From NCBI RefSeq assembly GCF_001194135.2, contig NC_068984.1:14854890-14918889 (forward strand): a stretch of 64,000 nucleotides of DNA, read 5' to 3'. The translations under genes and the position numbers were made by a program. The notes beneath the pieces are model-generated. The model was not told the DNA's origin, did not search any database, and was given only the letters and a program-made list of their open reading frames with translations. Of the stretch, positions 23,911 through 36,974 are shown in pieces. The first letter of the stretch is position 1; each line of letters opens with the position of its first letter. The stretch is from Octopus bimaculoides. Taxonomy: Eukaryota.

Positions 23911-25227
23911 CTTCTTCTTCTTCTTCTTCTTCTTCTTCTTCTTCTTCTTCTTCTCCTCCTTCTTCCTTCGTATATTTTAGTTCTGTCATTTATAAACCCN
24001 NNNNNNNNNNNNNNNNNNNNNNNNNNNNNNNNNNNNNNNNNNNNNNNNNNNNNNNNNNNNNNNNNNNNNNNNNNNNNNNNNNNNNNNNNNNNNNNNNNNN
24101 NNNNNNNNNNNNNNNNNNNNNNNNNNNNNNNNNNNNNNNNNNNNNNNNNNNNNNNNNNNNNNNNNNNNNNNNNNNNNNNNNNNNNNNNNNNNNNNNNNNN
24201 NNNNNNNNNNNNNNNNNNNNNNNNNNNNNNNNNNNNNNNNNNNNNNNNNNNNNNNNNNNNNNNNNNNNNNNNNNNNNNNNNNNNNNNNNNNNNNNNNNNN
24301 NNNNNNNNNNNNNNNNNNNNNNNNNNNNNNNNNNNNNNNNNNNNNNNNNNNNNNNNNNNNNNNNNNNNNNNNNNNNNNNNNNNNNNNNNNNNNNNNNNNN
24401 NNNNNNNNNNNNNNNNNNNNNNNNNNNNNNNNNNNNNNNNNNNNNNNNNNNNNNNNNNNNNNNNNNNNNNNNNNNNNNNNNNNNNNNNNNNNNNNNNNNN
24501 NNNNNNNNNNNNNNNNNNNNNNNNNNNNNNNNNNNNNNNNNNNNNNNNNNNNNNNNNNNNNNNNNNNNNNNNNNNNNNNNNNNNNNNNNNNNNNNNNNNN
24601 NNNNNNNNNNNNNNNNNNNNNNNNNNNNNNNNNNNNNNNNNNNNNNNNNNNNNNNNNNNNNNNNNNNNNNNNNNNNNNNNNNNNNNNNNNNNNNNNNNNN
24701 NNNNNNNNNNNNNNNNNNNNNNNNNNNNNNNNNNNNNNNNNNNNNNNNNNNNNNNNNNNNNNNNNNNNNNNNNNNNNNNNNNNNNNNNNNNNNNNNNNNN
24801 NNNNNNNNNNNNNNNNNNNNGTGTAGTGTGCATGTGTGTGTGTGTGTGTATACGTGTGTGTATGTATATATATATATATACGTATGTATATGTAGTTTTC
24901 GTTCTGTGTCTTCATTCCATATATCTCATAATTAAATTGCGGAAATATAATGAAATTATTAAGTTTCTAAAAAGTTGTCTACAATTGATTTCTCGCGGCA
25001 TATTCTCCTATGGAATATTTCGGAGAGGAAAAAAGGAAGGTGGTGAATGGGGGGGGGGAATTAAAAAAATGAAAGACTTCGACCAAAAAAGGAAGCATGT
25101 AGACATGTGAACGTGTGTAGAAACATACGCATACGCACACACAAACACAACACCCGCACATCTATGTTTGTACATCTATGTTTGTGTGTGCGTGTGTGTG
25201 TGTGTGTGTGAGTGTGTGTACGTATAC

Positions 25228-25258
<31 letters not shown>

Positions 25259-25511
25259 TATATATATATTCGTATGTATATATGTATTTATGTATGTATA
25301 AGTTGTAATTCTAGGTTGCAGCATTCCATTACTTTAATGGAAAACTGCTAGCGGGAACTATGTAACCTTGTACGCTATACATGTTACACAGATATGTATT
25401 GAGTTCTTGTTTGTGTATATATATATATACACACATATATATACGCTCTGTTAGTAGTTTTACCCGAGACCTGATCACAATGATGAGCACAGCACATACA
25501 ATATATATGTA

Positions 25512-25564
<53 letters not shown>

Positions 25565-25813
25565 GTGTAATTTATGTGCAAAGAAAAATACACGCTGAGA
25601 AGCTCACACGCATATGTGTCCTTGCCTTCATCTATATCTAAGTAGTTCGTGTGGATGTGTGTGATTTTTATGCGTGTGTGTCTTTGTGAATGTTCATGCA
25701 GCTATTAGTGTGCGTACGCATATGATTCGTTTCCATGTATGTATGTATGTATGTATGTATATATGTATGCATGTATGTATGTTTTAAGTGTTCGTTTTGC
25801 TTAAGAATTCCTT

Positions 25814-25852
<39 letters not shown>

Positions 25853-26219
25853 NNNNNNNNNNNNNNNNNNNNNNNNNNNNNNNNNNNNNNNNNNNNNNNN
25901 NNNNNNNNNNNNNNNNNNNNNNNNNNNNNNNNNNNNNNNNNNNNNNNNNNNNNNNNNNNNNNNNNNNNNNNNNNNNNNNNNNNNNNNNNNNNNNNNNTGT
26001 GTGTGTGTGTATCAATGTTTGTTTTTATATTCAGTTATGATCCGACTATTGCTCAACTAGCCGAAACTTCGAAGACACTATCAATGTTATTCTTGTTTAA
26101 GAACAACATATGTGTATGCGTGTGTGTGTGTGTTTGTGAGTGTGCGTGAGTGCGTGTATATATATGTATATTTCTTTTTAATAAAGCTGTCAAACAAGTT
26201 TTCATAAACCAGGAGCATG

Positions 26220-26250
<31 letters not shown>

Positions 26251-26261
26251 ATATATATATG

Positions 26262-26292
<31 letters not shown>

Positions 26293-28248
26293 AAATGAGT
26301 TTGCGTGTGCATTTATATGTGTGTGTGTATGTGTGCGTGTGTGTCTGTGTGTGCGGGTGTATGCACACACACACCCACACACGCATGCGCGCACGCACAC
26401 TCTTAGGTAAAAATGAAAATGAGCCAAACCTTGCTTTATTATAACCTTGTCGCATTAAAGTGTCCTATATACTGCAATTTTAATAGATTATTTACTCTGA
26501 TACTCTCTGTACATAGCATTTCGGGAAGAAAATCATGTTTTACAAAATTGCATACAGAATTTTTTGTGTAATAGCGAAACTGAAGAATTCAAGTTTTTCG
26601 TCTTTTATCCTTAAGGGCCAATATCGCAAGTGAGAAAGAAGTGTCTAAAAAATAGGACAGTTCTTTTATGTAAATGAAAATATTTGAAAGAAGCATTTAG
26701 AATGTTAAGAAGTCTATATTTTGATTTATTTTCAATGGACGTTTGTAAGAAGTTTCTGTTAATGCATTTATCAAAAGGTGTGCATAAATAGCTCTAATTA
26801 AGCTTGTAAAACTAGTTTTTTCTTTTGATGAATATGCCTTTAAAAGTGTATTTGTTAAATATGCCTTCAAACGAAAAGATATTCCCTACTGATATAAATT
26901 TTAAAAGCATATCTCTATTCTTCATAAAGTAAGCATAATTCATTCCGAAATTCACAAGTTGCTTAAAGAAGAAAATATTGCGCCTGGCATAAAAGGAAGA
27001 GGTCAAAGCTTTGGTAAGGAAAAAAGGATCTAGCAGACGTAGAACTACTACTATTACAGATGCCAGAAGAATTAAATCCTTGTTTCATCAGATGAGAAAT
27101 AAAAGCTTGCAGTATTTGTCAAGAGTCTACAGCTATTGAAAACAAAACCATTCAAAGACGGTTGGAAGATAATTTTTTTTTTTTTTTTTCCTCAAAAATT
27201 GTGCTTGGAAGCCTCTGTTAAGTGAGAAATGCATAAAGGATAAACTGCACTGCTTGACCAAATATGGTAACTGTGATTTAGACTGGATTCAGAAAGTGCT
27301 CTGGGCTGGTGAGTCAAGATGTGAGCTATGTTATGACGCATGAGAACGTTTCTATCACAGAGCTGGTGAGAAACTGTTATATCGTACGTGCGGATGACCT
27401 CTACTCAACTCTCACTTCCGACGACTCGATTCTACCGAACTCGACGTCTTGTCTACGGCATGCCTCGTCGTCTGACTCCACTCGTATCTGTCCACTATTC
27501 ATTTGTGGTGGAACAGGCCACTTCTCTCACTCGGGCTGTCCTCCACAACATACTCACAAAGCCGAAGTAATAACAAAAAAATAGAAAAAACTTCTTGAAA
27601 ATTATATCCTAGCCAAGCCGGTGTCCAGATTCGAATTCCAAATTTGCAAACTCTAATCAATGTTGGGAGGCTGGGAAACATAATGTGACAAAATCGATAT
27701 TTCTTAGTCCAAAAATATTATTCTAATTACTAAAAGAAGGCTAAGAGATATGTTTTCCATCTTAATTTGTTGAGGTATTTCTGCATGCTGATATGGCTTA
27801 TGAGATTTTATATTATAAAGCCATTATCTTTTAGTTGCTTTAATCATTGAACTGCGCTCATGCTGGAGCACCGCAAATAAACAGTGAATTACTTATTTTT
27901 TGAAATCTTATACTTACTCTAACATTCTCTTTTGCAGAACTCAGTTACAAGGTTTTATTCAAACCAACACAAACAAACCAACACCGATGCAAATACGCAC
28001 ACACGTACACATATGAACGCACACACGTACGTACATATATGAAAGCACACATACACGTACACGCTTACATATATAACACTGTTTCCAGTGGATATTTTCT
28101 ATAGTCGAAGCCTTAAGCAGAAATACGCAGCAAACAATGCTCCCACCGCTGCCGGGTGTTTCTTGTCTGTTAATGACATATTTTTATGTTATTTAATACT
28201 GTACGTTTATAAGAGGTACTTATCTCAAGACGACTACCGTAGTGTATT

Positions 28249-28514
28249 GGGCTTTCAATGATGTATCTGCTTTAAGTGTGAGACACTGATTTCTATTTTA
28301 AACATACATACATAGTTAAATACATGCATGGGCTTTCAATGATATATCTGCTTTAAGTGTGAGACACTGATTTCTATTTTAAACATACATACATAGTTAA
28401 ACACATGCATGGGCTTTCAATGATATATCTGCTTTAAGTGTGAGACACTGATTTCTATTTTAAACATACATACATACATACATACATACATACATACATA
28501 GTTAAACACATGCA
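28249..28514 (+). repeat. Three near-identical 81-bp tandem units
   Basis: Units start at 28249, 28330 and 28411 (GGGCTTTCAATGAT.TATCTGCTTTAAGTGTGAGACACTG...); the third has an expanded (CATA)n. Confidence 0.95.
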
Positions 28515-28934
28515 TGCATACACACATGCATATATACAGACAGACACACATGCAAACATCCATACATTTGTGTATGTGTGTGTGTGTGTGCGTGCGTGCG
28601 TGTGTACAAATGATACAATTGACTAAAATCTCCACAAGGCGATATGCAACGGCGCAGTGTTTGCTTTTGTGAGTATAAAAGTCTGTATAAATCCGTGTGT
28701 GTATATCCCTATGCTATTACATTCATGTAATCACATTGCAAATATCTCCATGAGACGATATGTAATAGTACAGTAATTGCAAGTGTATATCTGTGTGTAT
28801 ATATTTCTATATACGTACGTGTGTGTGTGTGTATTTGTGTGCGTGCTTGAGGGTACCAGTGTGTGGAGGTGAAGTTTTATACTCATATGTTTTCATTCTC
28901 CATGTTCTTGATATCTCCAGTTGTAAATAAATCT

Positions 28935-29230
28935 TCCATTATTTTGGGTAATATTCGACATGCTGCAATGATGTGATCTACTTTCCGTGCATTCAAACCA
29001 CAAAGCCCAGATTGTATGTTTCCGCTCATATCAGAGATGTTTTTAACGATAAACTGATAAACTGTATGGCCTAACATTGATTCCGCTCGATTGCAATAAG
29101 AATTTCTGTTTGACCTTAAACGATGTACTTTTCATCCAGACAGTTGATATTTTCCAGTATATGGCTTTCTTTTCCAGAGATATGAATATATCTGTGTACA
29201 TGCCAGGGTTTGTTTATCTGTGATTTCCTG
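28935..29230 (-). mobile_element. R4/Dong-like fragment (post-RT region to zinc knuckle)
   Basis: KPWHVHRY, xGQTEILIAIERNQ and GLCGLNARKVDHIIAACRILPK resemble the LHG.Y, ETE.LI.AAQ and CxxC..E..H...C motifs. Confidence 0.55.
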
Positions 29231-29689
29231 ATAAAAGATCGAATCAATTTCTCCATCTGCAGTTTGGTAAGCTTGGCAGTTGTGATTGGTTGAATGTACG
29301 GTGAGATGGCTGGCTCATATATGATGACTGTTCGTGATATTTTCGCTGAAATATACAAGACACTACTTGCAATTTTCTTGTGCTTCTGGTATTTTCCTAT
29401 TATTGTAATTATTGCTACTACTTCTGCTGCTGCTGTTGTTGTTGTTGTTGCTGTTGTTGTTCCCATCGTCTTAATTCTATTGTGTACTTTTACTACGCAA
29501 CTGGACATAATCTGGCTAACCACATTTCTTGGATTTAATCTTATAAACTGTTTAATACTTACAATCAAATCTTACAATCAGTTTAATATTTACAATCGAA
29601 AACTTTATCCATTTAATTTATTATCTGCTAGTAATATTGGTTTCAAATTTCTGCACATGGCCAGCAATCGAGGAAGAGGGAAAGACGCT

Positions 29690-30022
29690 CAACAGGTACT
29701 TATTTTATCGACCCCCGAAAAGATGAAAGACAAAGTCGACCTTGGAGGCATTTGAACTCAGGTGGGCGGAATGCCGCTAAGCATTTAACCAAGCGGCGTA
29801 CTAACGATTCTTTTCTACTCAAGGCACAAGGCTGGAAATTTCTGGGGAGGGGGCCAGTTGATTAGATCAACCCTAGTACGCAACTGGTACTTAATTTATC
29901 GATCCCGAAAGGATGAAAGACAAAGTCGACCTCGGTGGATTTGAACTCAGAACGTAAAGACGGACGAAATACCGCTAAGCATTTCGCCCGGCGTGTTAAC
30001 GATTCTGCCAGCTCGCTCACCT
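29690..30022 (-). mobile_element. Two adjacent SINE family A copies (29690-29810 partial, 29811-30022)
   Basis: GGTACTTA.TTTATCGA.CCCGAAA.GATGAAAGACAAAGTCGACCT appears twice. Confidence 0.85.
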
Positions 30023-30343
30023 ATCTGCTACTAATATTAGTATACATTAGGTCTTTTTAAAATCATAATAGCATGGATAACTTCAAGATATATACTATGA
30101 TAAATGATAAATAATAAATAAAACATGGGATGATTTTTATACAGCCGAGAGTTAAATGCAACAAAATATCGAAAATTCTCATGTTGCAAGCGAATTAGAT
30201 ATAAAAACAAGGCAAATTGCATTGTGACAGTTTTATTGTTTTTATTGAGCCCCAGGGCTCTTAAGGTCGGTTGTCTGGTTTCTATAGCGTATAAGTGGCT
30301 GAGATCAGAATATTCTCTCTGAACCGGACGCCGGCCTGTTGCA

Positions 30344-30553
30344 GGGTACAAGGCTAGCAATGTCTGAAGGGCGGGGAGAAGACGATTACATCAGTCCCAG
30401 TCTAGTACTTGACTGGTACCACATTTCATCGACTTCGAAGGGGTGAGGCATAAAGCTGACCTCGGCGGAATTTGATCTCAGAACACAAAGAGCCAGAAAA
30501 AAACCGCTAAGCATTTTGCCTGACGTGCTAATGATTCTGCCAGCTCGCCGCCT
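30344..30553 (-). mobile_element. SINE family A, diverged
   Basis: Reverse complement begins AGGCGGCGAGCTGGCAGAATCATTAGCACG. Confidence 0.8.
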
Positions 30554-30929
30554 GTACTGACACTCTACAGCTTCTAGTTTGAGTGGATGAAGTGAGCCTC
30601 GTCACTTTGGTGTAAAGTGTACCCATTCGCTTTGATGCTGAAATCTGCCTGCTTGCTTCGAAAAATATATGATTCTATTTCCGCAAACAGTTCTGTGCAT
30701 CTTTATTTTATATTTTGAATAGGTACAATCGATTGTAGCATAAAGTGTAATTTATTTTTGGATAATTTCTCCACTTTTTTCCATAGATAAATTATCGTCA
30801 GTTAGAACTGACATTTCGATCAGAAGGCACTCTAATCTTAATGATCCTTACATCAACCGGTTCTCCCTGTATGTGTGGATTGTTTCCCTTACGGTATTAT
30901 CAGCAACAGTTTAAAAAATCTCTACAAGA

Positions 30930-31060
30930 AACGGCAACCAAATTTCCATTAAATCACATGTAGGAGGTTTATCCGGGATTTTTTGAAAGAATTTGTCCCA
31001 AGATTTCTTGAACTTTATGGGGCCTGTCTCTGCTTTAATGTGAAGAAAAACAACGAACGG
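30930..31060 (-). mobile_element. Possible CR1-group LINE 3' end
   Basis: Minus frame IKFKKSWDKFFQKIPDKP resembles the FKxxLDxFLxxIPDxP C-terminus. Confidence 0.4.
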
Positions 31061-31134
31061 GGCCAATTGAGGTGAAATAATCGTGCCGTATTGTTGTTAT
31101 GTGATGTATTACATTTGTTGTGATCGGATGTGTG

Positions 31135-31170
<36 letters not shown>

Positions 31171-31259
31171 NNNNNNNNNNNNNNNNNNNNNNNNNNNNNN
31201 NNNNNNNNNNNNNNNNNNNNNNNNNNNNNNNNNNNNNNNNNNNNNNNNNNNNATATATG

Positions 31260-31325
<66 letters not shown>

Positions 31326-32441
31326 TGTGGTGGCGCCATTATGAAAGGAATAAGTGTAGTTTGCTAGATTACTGTTAAATAAAATGTGTTCAAATATCAT
31401 CTTCAATAATTTATAATGTTATTCAATAGATTAGATTATAAAAGCTATTTCTTTCTCTATGGAATTCAGTAACAACGATCGTTGCTTCTACTGATATCAA
31501 CAATAGCAGCAACATTTACGACTTCATGACCTCAGAGCCATCATTTCACCTGGTCTTTCTAGTTATGCTCAAATTTATTGTCATCTTATATTATGTATAT
31601 GTGCCAAAAAAATGATGTCGCAAGAAAAATCTTTCTTTTTGGTTATATGAAACGGTTGCTTAATCACTGGAATGAAATCTTCCTAACTTAAACTATTTCA
31701 CAGCTCAGTAGCTTCAATAGCAGACGTTTTTCTTTGTCCCAAAAAATTACTGTTTCAGATAGTGAATATCTGTTAGTTTTCAAAACAGACATCGAAAACC
31801 AGTGAAACGGATCCAGAAGAGGAAATTACATGAAGAAAAGCACTGACTCTATCTATCATCGATATCTATGATGATGGATAAAGCTGCTAGATATAGTAGC
31901 TAAATCTCCTCATGTCCTTAGAAATAGGAAGGGTATATTGAATAGTGTGGTTCAAGATGCATCGTGTCTGGAAATACAAAAATGATCGCTGGATAATCAC
32001 AGCTTTAGTGCTTTTTAACCATTGGCTTACAGGACCAGAGTTAAATAAGGGTTAAGCAATAACAACGACAACCCCACAATCTTAAACAAGGAAGGATACT
32101 TTGGATAATGTAGTTGCACATGCCGCTAAAAAGGCGGGATGGCCAAGGTTGAATTGCTTTGGATCAGAGATTTGGTCTATCAAACCTGATCTAAGGTCTC
32201 AATGTCAAAATAATAATATCGACATTAATATTATTAACAACAACACTTTATCTCAAACGAGCTCATTCTTGATCTGTCAGAAATAGAAGCTCTAAATAAT
32301 GCATCTTAATTATCAAATGGCAATTTAAGAAGAGCTCCACTTGCGAAGGGGAGATAATACCAAGAAACAAGAATTCTTCAAAATTGAAATGTCATTAAGG
32401 AAAAGGACACGATTTTGATATTGTCTAGATATAAGAGGACA

Positions 32442-32486
32442 GTCGTGAACCGGTAATTCTACTTCAATAGCCGTCATCAGCACGAC
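32442..32486 (-). ncRNA. Degenerate type I hammerhead ribozyme-like motif
   Basis: Minus strand GTCGTG-CTGATGA-CGGCTATTGAAGTAG-AATTA-CCGG-TT-CACGAC: 6-bp stem I and an intact CUGAUGA, but the GAAA is damaged. Confidence 0.45.
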
Positions 32487-34118
32487 AATTTTTCCGGCCT
32501 TGTCTTCAGTAGCCAAGGGACTTAGATTTGTTCAAAAAAGATTAGAAAACATCTATGACCTTAGTAATTTGTATAATTTAAACGAAGATCAGCGAGTAGA
32601 AATAACTGACTGGCCTGGTGCAATGTGTTTGATGTTCTATAGATGACTATCAAACTGTGTATTTTATCAGACTATGGCTGATGAAATTTATATACCGTGT
32701 CATAGAATGGACGAAATTTGTTTTCCAGACTACAAAATACTCACGTGTTGGAAAAAAAACCTCTAGGTTGATTGCTTACTTGAACATTCTGTATAAGCTC
32801 TATTAAAGTTTTTTGGATCAATATCTCCGAGATAATTACGAGCCCAACAAGATATTTACTAATCAGTCGGTATGTAAAAAGAAATGTGGGTATGTTGAAC
32901 AACTAATTAATAAAACTATGCAGCCTGAGGTTAAAGAAAAATAATTTTAAAATAAAATAATAGAATAGAGCACAACACAAACCTTGTGAGTGTGTTGCTT
33001 CATTACAGAAAAATGTTCGACTTTCGATGCTTTTCTTCAATCGTGGTTAGACTGAAATTAGATTCTGAGCAGCCGCCGCCCTTGAAAGGATGGCAAACAC
33101 CTGGTCACCATTTTTAGCACTTGAAACTGAAAACACAACGATTTGATACTACTGATCTTCTAAAAGGATTATTCCATGGAAAAAGTCTTTGTAATTATGG
33201 GTATTTATTATATTGTTTTTGCTTTGTTTTTCTAAGTCTGGTCCTGTAAATTCAGTTATTTCTTCTACAAATGCCCACAACACAGCGATCTACAACACAA
33301 GATCACCAATAAAAGACATAAATTGTTTGCTGGCGATCTAAAGATTTACACAGGAAATATCTCCAGTCCTAATAGTCAGATTTAATACGAATGTTTTCAG
33401 CTATATCTGGATGGCATTCAGCCAAGATATATTTGACTTAATAGTGGATATAGTGCTTCTCAAACTGAAATTGTATACATCAACGTTCTCTTTCTCTCCT
33501 CTCTCTCTCTCCTTCTCATGCTCTCTCTCTCTCTCTCCCTCTCTCTCTCTCTTTCTCTCTCATGATAAGAACTCTTCATACCAACAAAAGGCGATGTATA
33601 GATGTTTTATCCGTAGACTTAAGAATGATGTCAACGTTAACAGACGGTGTGTCCTCGCTTGATTTTCCGACTGAAATACCGTATTAAACTTCAAAGATTA
33701 TACATTTGCCATATAACAGCGAGAAATAGTAACAAAATGAACCTCGTGAACAAAAGACATAAGAAACCCCTTGAATGTTCGAGATATGCAAATAGAAATT
33801 GTCATCTATGTCACATTTTTGAAGGCGACATTACATCAATATTCACGAGCTGTTTAAAAATGCTTTCAAAATATTTCTGTGACATGATATATTTGCGAAG
33901 AAAAACGATATACAATGCCATCCATTAGAAGGACCGTCTCAAATATAAAAATCCATAGTGAAGCTGTGTATATCTACACATTTCGACACAAGGATTTTTG
34001 GTGAAACATTATCAACAAAATAACTACTGACTGTAAATACAAAGAACTTCATATACGAAAAGAAGCAACAACAATCGTTAATGTAATGTTATGCAGCTCA
34101 CCTGGCCAACACTATTTT

Positions 34119-34326
34119 TTATTTTTTACTTGTTTCAGTCGTTAGATTGCAGCCATGCTGGGGCAGCACTTGGAAGAGTTTTAAGTCGAATGAATCGACC
34201 CTAGTACTTATCTTCTGTTTTTAGCCTAGTACGAATTCTATAGCTACTTATTTTACAAGGACGTAAACATACCAACACCAGTTGTCAAGCGGTGATGGAG
34301 AACAAGCATAAACACATAGGCACACA
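34119..34326 (-). mobile_element. SINE family B, 3' half
   Basis: TTTTACTTGTTTCAGTC...GCAGCCATGCTGG...GGACGTAAACA...GTTGTCAAGCG, as in 38915-39110. Confidence 0.75.
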
Positions 34327-34365
<39 letters not shown>

Positions 34366-34499
34366 GGAGTCCCCGTCGTTAGACGACGTATGATGATTCG
34401 ACAATTTATTACTGAACAAACACACAGACGATTTGTTTATATTGATAAAATGTTTGTGTAGACATAAGCTCACTCCCTCCATAAAATCGACAGTACCTG

Positions 34500-34665
34500 T
34501 ATAGGTGCACCGTGTGCCGCCACATGTCAGATGACGAAATGATCACAGAGCAATATGAAATGAAGTGCTTTGCCCAAGAACACAATGCAATGCTTGGTCT
34601 GAGAATGGAACCCACGTTCTCGCAATCGTGAGTGTAACACCCTAACCATTAAGCCATGTGCCTTC
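34500..34665 (-). mobile_element. SINE family C head and central segment
   Basis: Reverse complement AAGGCACATGGCTTAATGGTTAGGG...GGGTTCCATTC...TTGTGTTCTTGGGCAAAGCACTTC. Confidence 0.75.
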
Positions 34666-34697
34666 ACAATATGTATGTGTGTCTGTATGTATGTGTA

Positions 34698-34927
34698 CAG
34701 GCTTGGTCAAAAGTCACCCGACATTAAATCAAAAGTCCATAAATACTATCCGTAATTTTGTATTGACTTGAATTGGAAAATGTGTCGTTCAAAGAAGGAC
34801 TTCAGTTTGAACAATTTTCATGATGTTTCATATTTAGATGCTTTTATTAAATTCATTCAGTTATTAAACATAAATATATCTTGGAATTAAACGGTTTTGA
34901 TTTACTGTCAGGTGACTTTGGTCCAAT

Positions 34928-34931
<4 letters not shown>
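34698..34931. mobile_element. Tc1/mariner-type MITE (~234 bp) with TA flanks
   Basis: Left end TA|CAGGCTTGGTCAAAAGTCACCCGACA; right end (reverse complement) TA|TAGGATTGGACCAAAGTCACCTGACA. Confidence 0.85.
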
Positions 34932-34962
<31 letters not shown>

Positions 34963-34965
<3 letters not shown>

Positions 34966-35098
34966 AAATCCACTCACAAAGCTTTGGTCGGCTCGAGGCT
35001 ATAGTAGAAGACACTAACCCAAAGTGTCACACAGCGGGACTGAGCCCAGAACCATGTGGTTGGGAAGCAAGCTTCTTACCACACAGCCACGTCTGCGC
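34963..35098 (-). mobile_element. SINE family B head
   Basis: Near-identical layout to 39148-39295. Confidence 0.85.
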
Positions 35099-35139
35099 TT
35101 ATAATGAAAATTGGTGACAAAGTAACATTTCCACCTTTG

Positions 35140-35520
35140 AGATGTGGATCTTTCGCGGGTTGCGCTGAATAAGCTAGAAAGACAAAGTAACAAACGCTGC
35201 AGTACTAGAGAAGATGAAATTCCAAATATGCTTGTTGTCGAGAATCAAGTCCACAGAGGTTGCATATTTTGGGCATACGATGCGCCACAAGTCATTGCCC
35301 TAGAGACCATCCTGACAGAAAGAACGAAGGCAAATAGAGCAATTGGTCGTCAAAGACGTTTGCGAATTGACATCAAAGAATGGACAGGAAACAAAAGCCT
35401 GGCAGCCTGGCTGCCTGCATGCATGGTGTACAACACAGAGTGAAGTGGAGAGTCTTGGCAAGCCAAGCCCTGAACACAGGGCTGATGGCTGATGATCAAC
35501 ATTTATGGACGACTGTTTCA
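35140..35520 (+). mobile_element. RTE/RTE-X LINE 3' fragment
   Basis: ORF 35144-35443 contains ...GRQRRLRIDIKEWTG..., followed by WRVLASQAL. Confidence 0.6.
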
Positions 35521-36974
35521 AAATCTACTGCTACTTTGAAACCTTTAACTTCTTTACCATGATTTTAAATTGTCTGTCTGGCTCAGGTCATTAATGTAGA
35601 TTGACTTACAAATTATAGCCATTAGTGCACTTGGGTTACTAGGTTACTAAGCAGATATGGTATCGACAGGTTCATGTCTTCTTGTGAGAGGAACTGCCAT
35701 GACCAAAACACTTAAATCTCAAAATGCTATCAAAGAATTACCTTTCTCGTGTCATGATATTTTTGTAAAGAAAATCAATATACAATGCCATCCATAGGGA
35801 AGAATGTCTTGGGATAAATATAAAAATTCTTTTGCTCAATATTTAAGCAAAAGAAAAGGCCATTTAAACGTGCAGTCAGGAATTGTAATCTATAAGTGTC
35901 CCAGTCAAAAGATGTGCAACTTATCTAAAGGTTAGCGTCGGACTTTGTGCAGCTGATGGTGTCTAAAATTTCAATGAAATCGCTTTGTTTCTTTGTTAGA
36001 AAACAGCTTCTTTATAGAATGAATTCAAAGAATTGTTTTTATATACATACGTGTTTATTGATTATGTTTTCTATGTGACATTACTTTAGAAAACCTACAT
36101 AAAGCTATGTCCTTTTGTGTATTTCAATAACTTCATTCTACTTACATTGTGGTTTATACCGCAGACAAGGACTGCTCTCTTTTGTATGAGATCGATGCAG
36201 TCTATCAGGGGTAAATTAGAAATATTGACAAAATACTGACCGTATCTTTTTTTGTTCTTAAATCTAGTCGCAATTCTTATGATTCCCAATCAATTACATT
36301 AAAACTAAAGGACTTCATCAAACATAATTTGATGTACATTGATGTTATTGCTACTCTCATTTTGATTTTTTGACTCTAGGTTTAACCTTAATCGAATATA
36401 CATTTGATCAAAAGCGTTCCAGTCATAGCCATCCCGTCTAACAATATTTTTAAGACATTAGAATGGGTTTTGAAACGAAGCCCTAACTACTATTTTTAGC
36501 CGGTCGACCACGGAGAGAACCCTCGTGATTGTTATTTGAGAGAGAGTATTAGACAAAATGCCCTGTGGTAGTTTTACGTTTTGAGTTCAAATCTTGCCAA
36601 AGTCAGTTTTTGCCTTTCGTTCTTCTAGGGGCGAGAAAATAAAGTACTAGGGATTTACTATACTCAAATATAATCAACTATCTCCTACCTTCAAATCTGT
36701 GCCTTTATAAGCTTCTTTCAAATCGCTATTGTCGCATTATTGCCGTCGTCGTCATGTAGTTTTGAAGATTAACTAAGAAATCATCCGGAATGCCAGTCCA
36801 GGTCGATGGATTAGCGGAATTATTTAAAAGGTCCTAGACTAAATCCGGAAGTGGGACCCTGGGGCCCTAGTTTCAGGGTCTGAAGAGTGTGGAACTACCT
36901 CTTGGCCACTATTGTTCCCAGATCTAGGAATGGTAGCACCTGTAAGGGTCTCAACTATGGGTTAACTAGCAAAC

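Noticed and set aside
36095-36289. CR1-like words (DLIQKRA, TKGHS) on the minus strand
   Set aside because: Spacing is wrong and the matches are too short to call.
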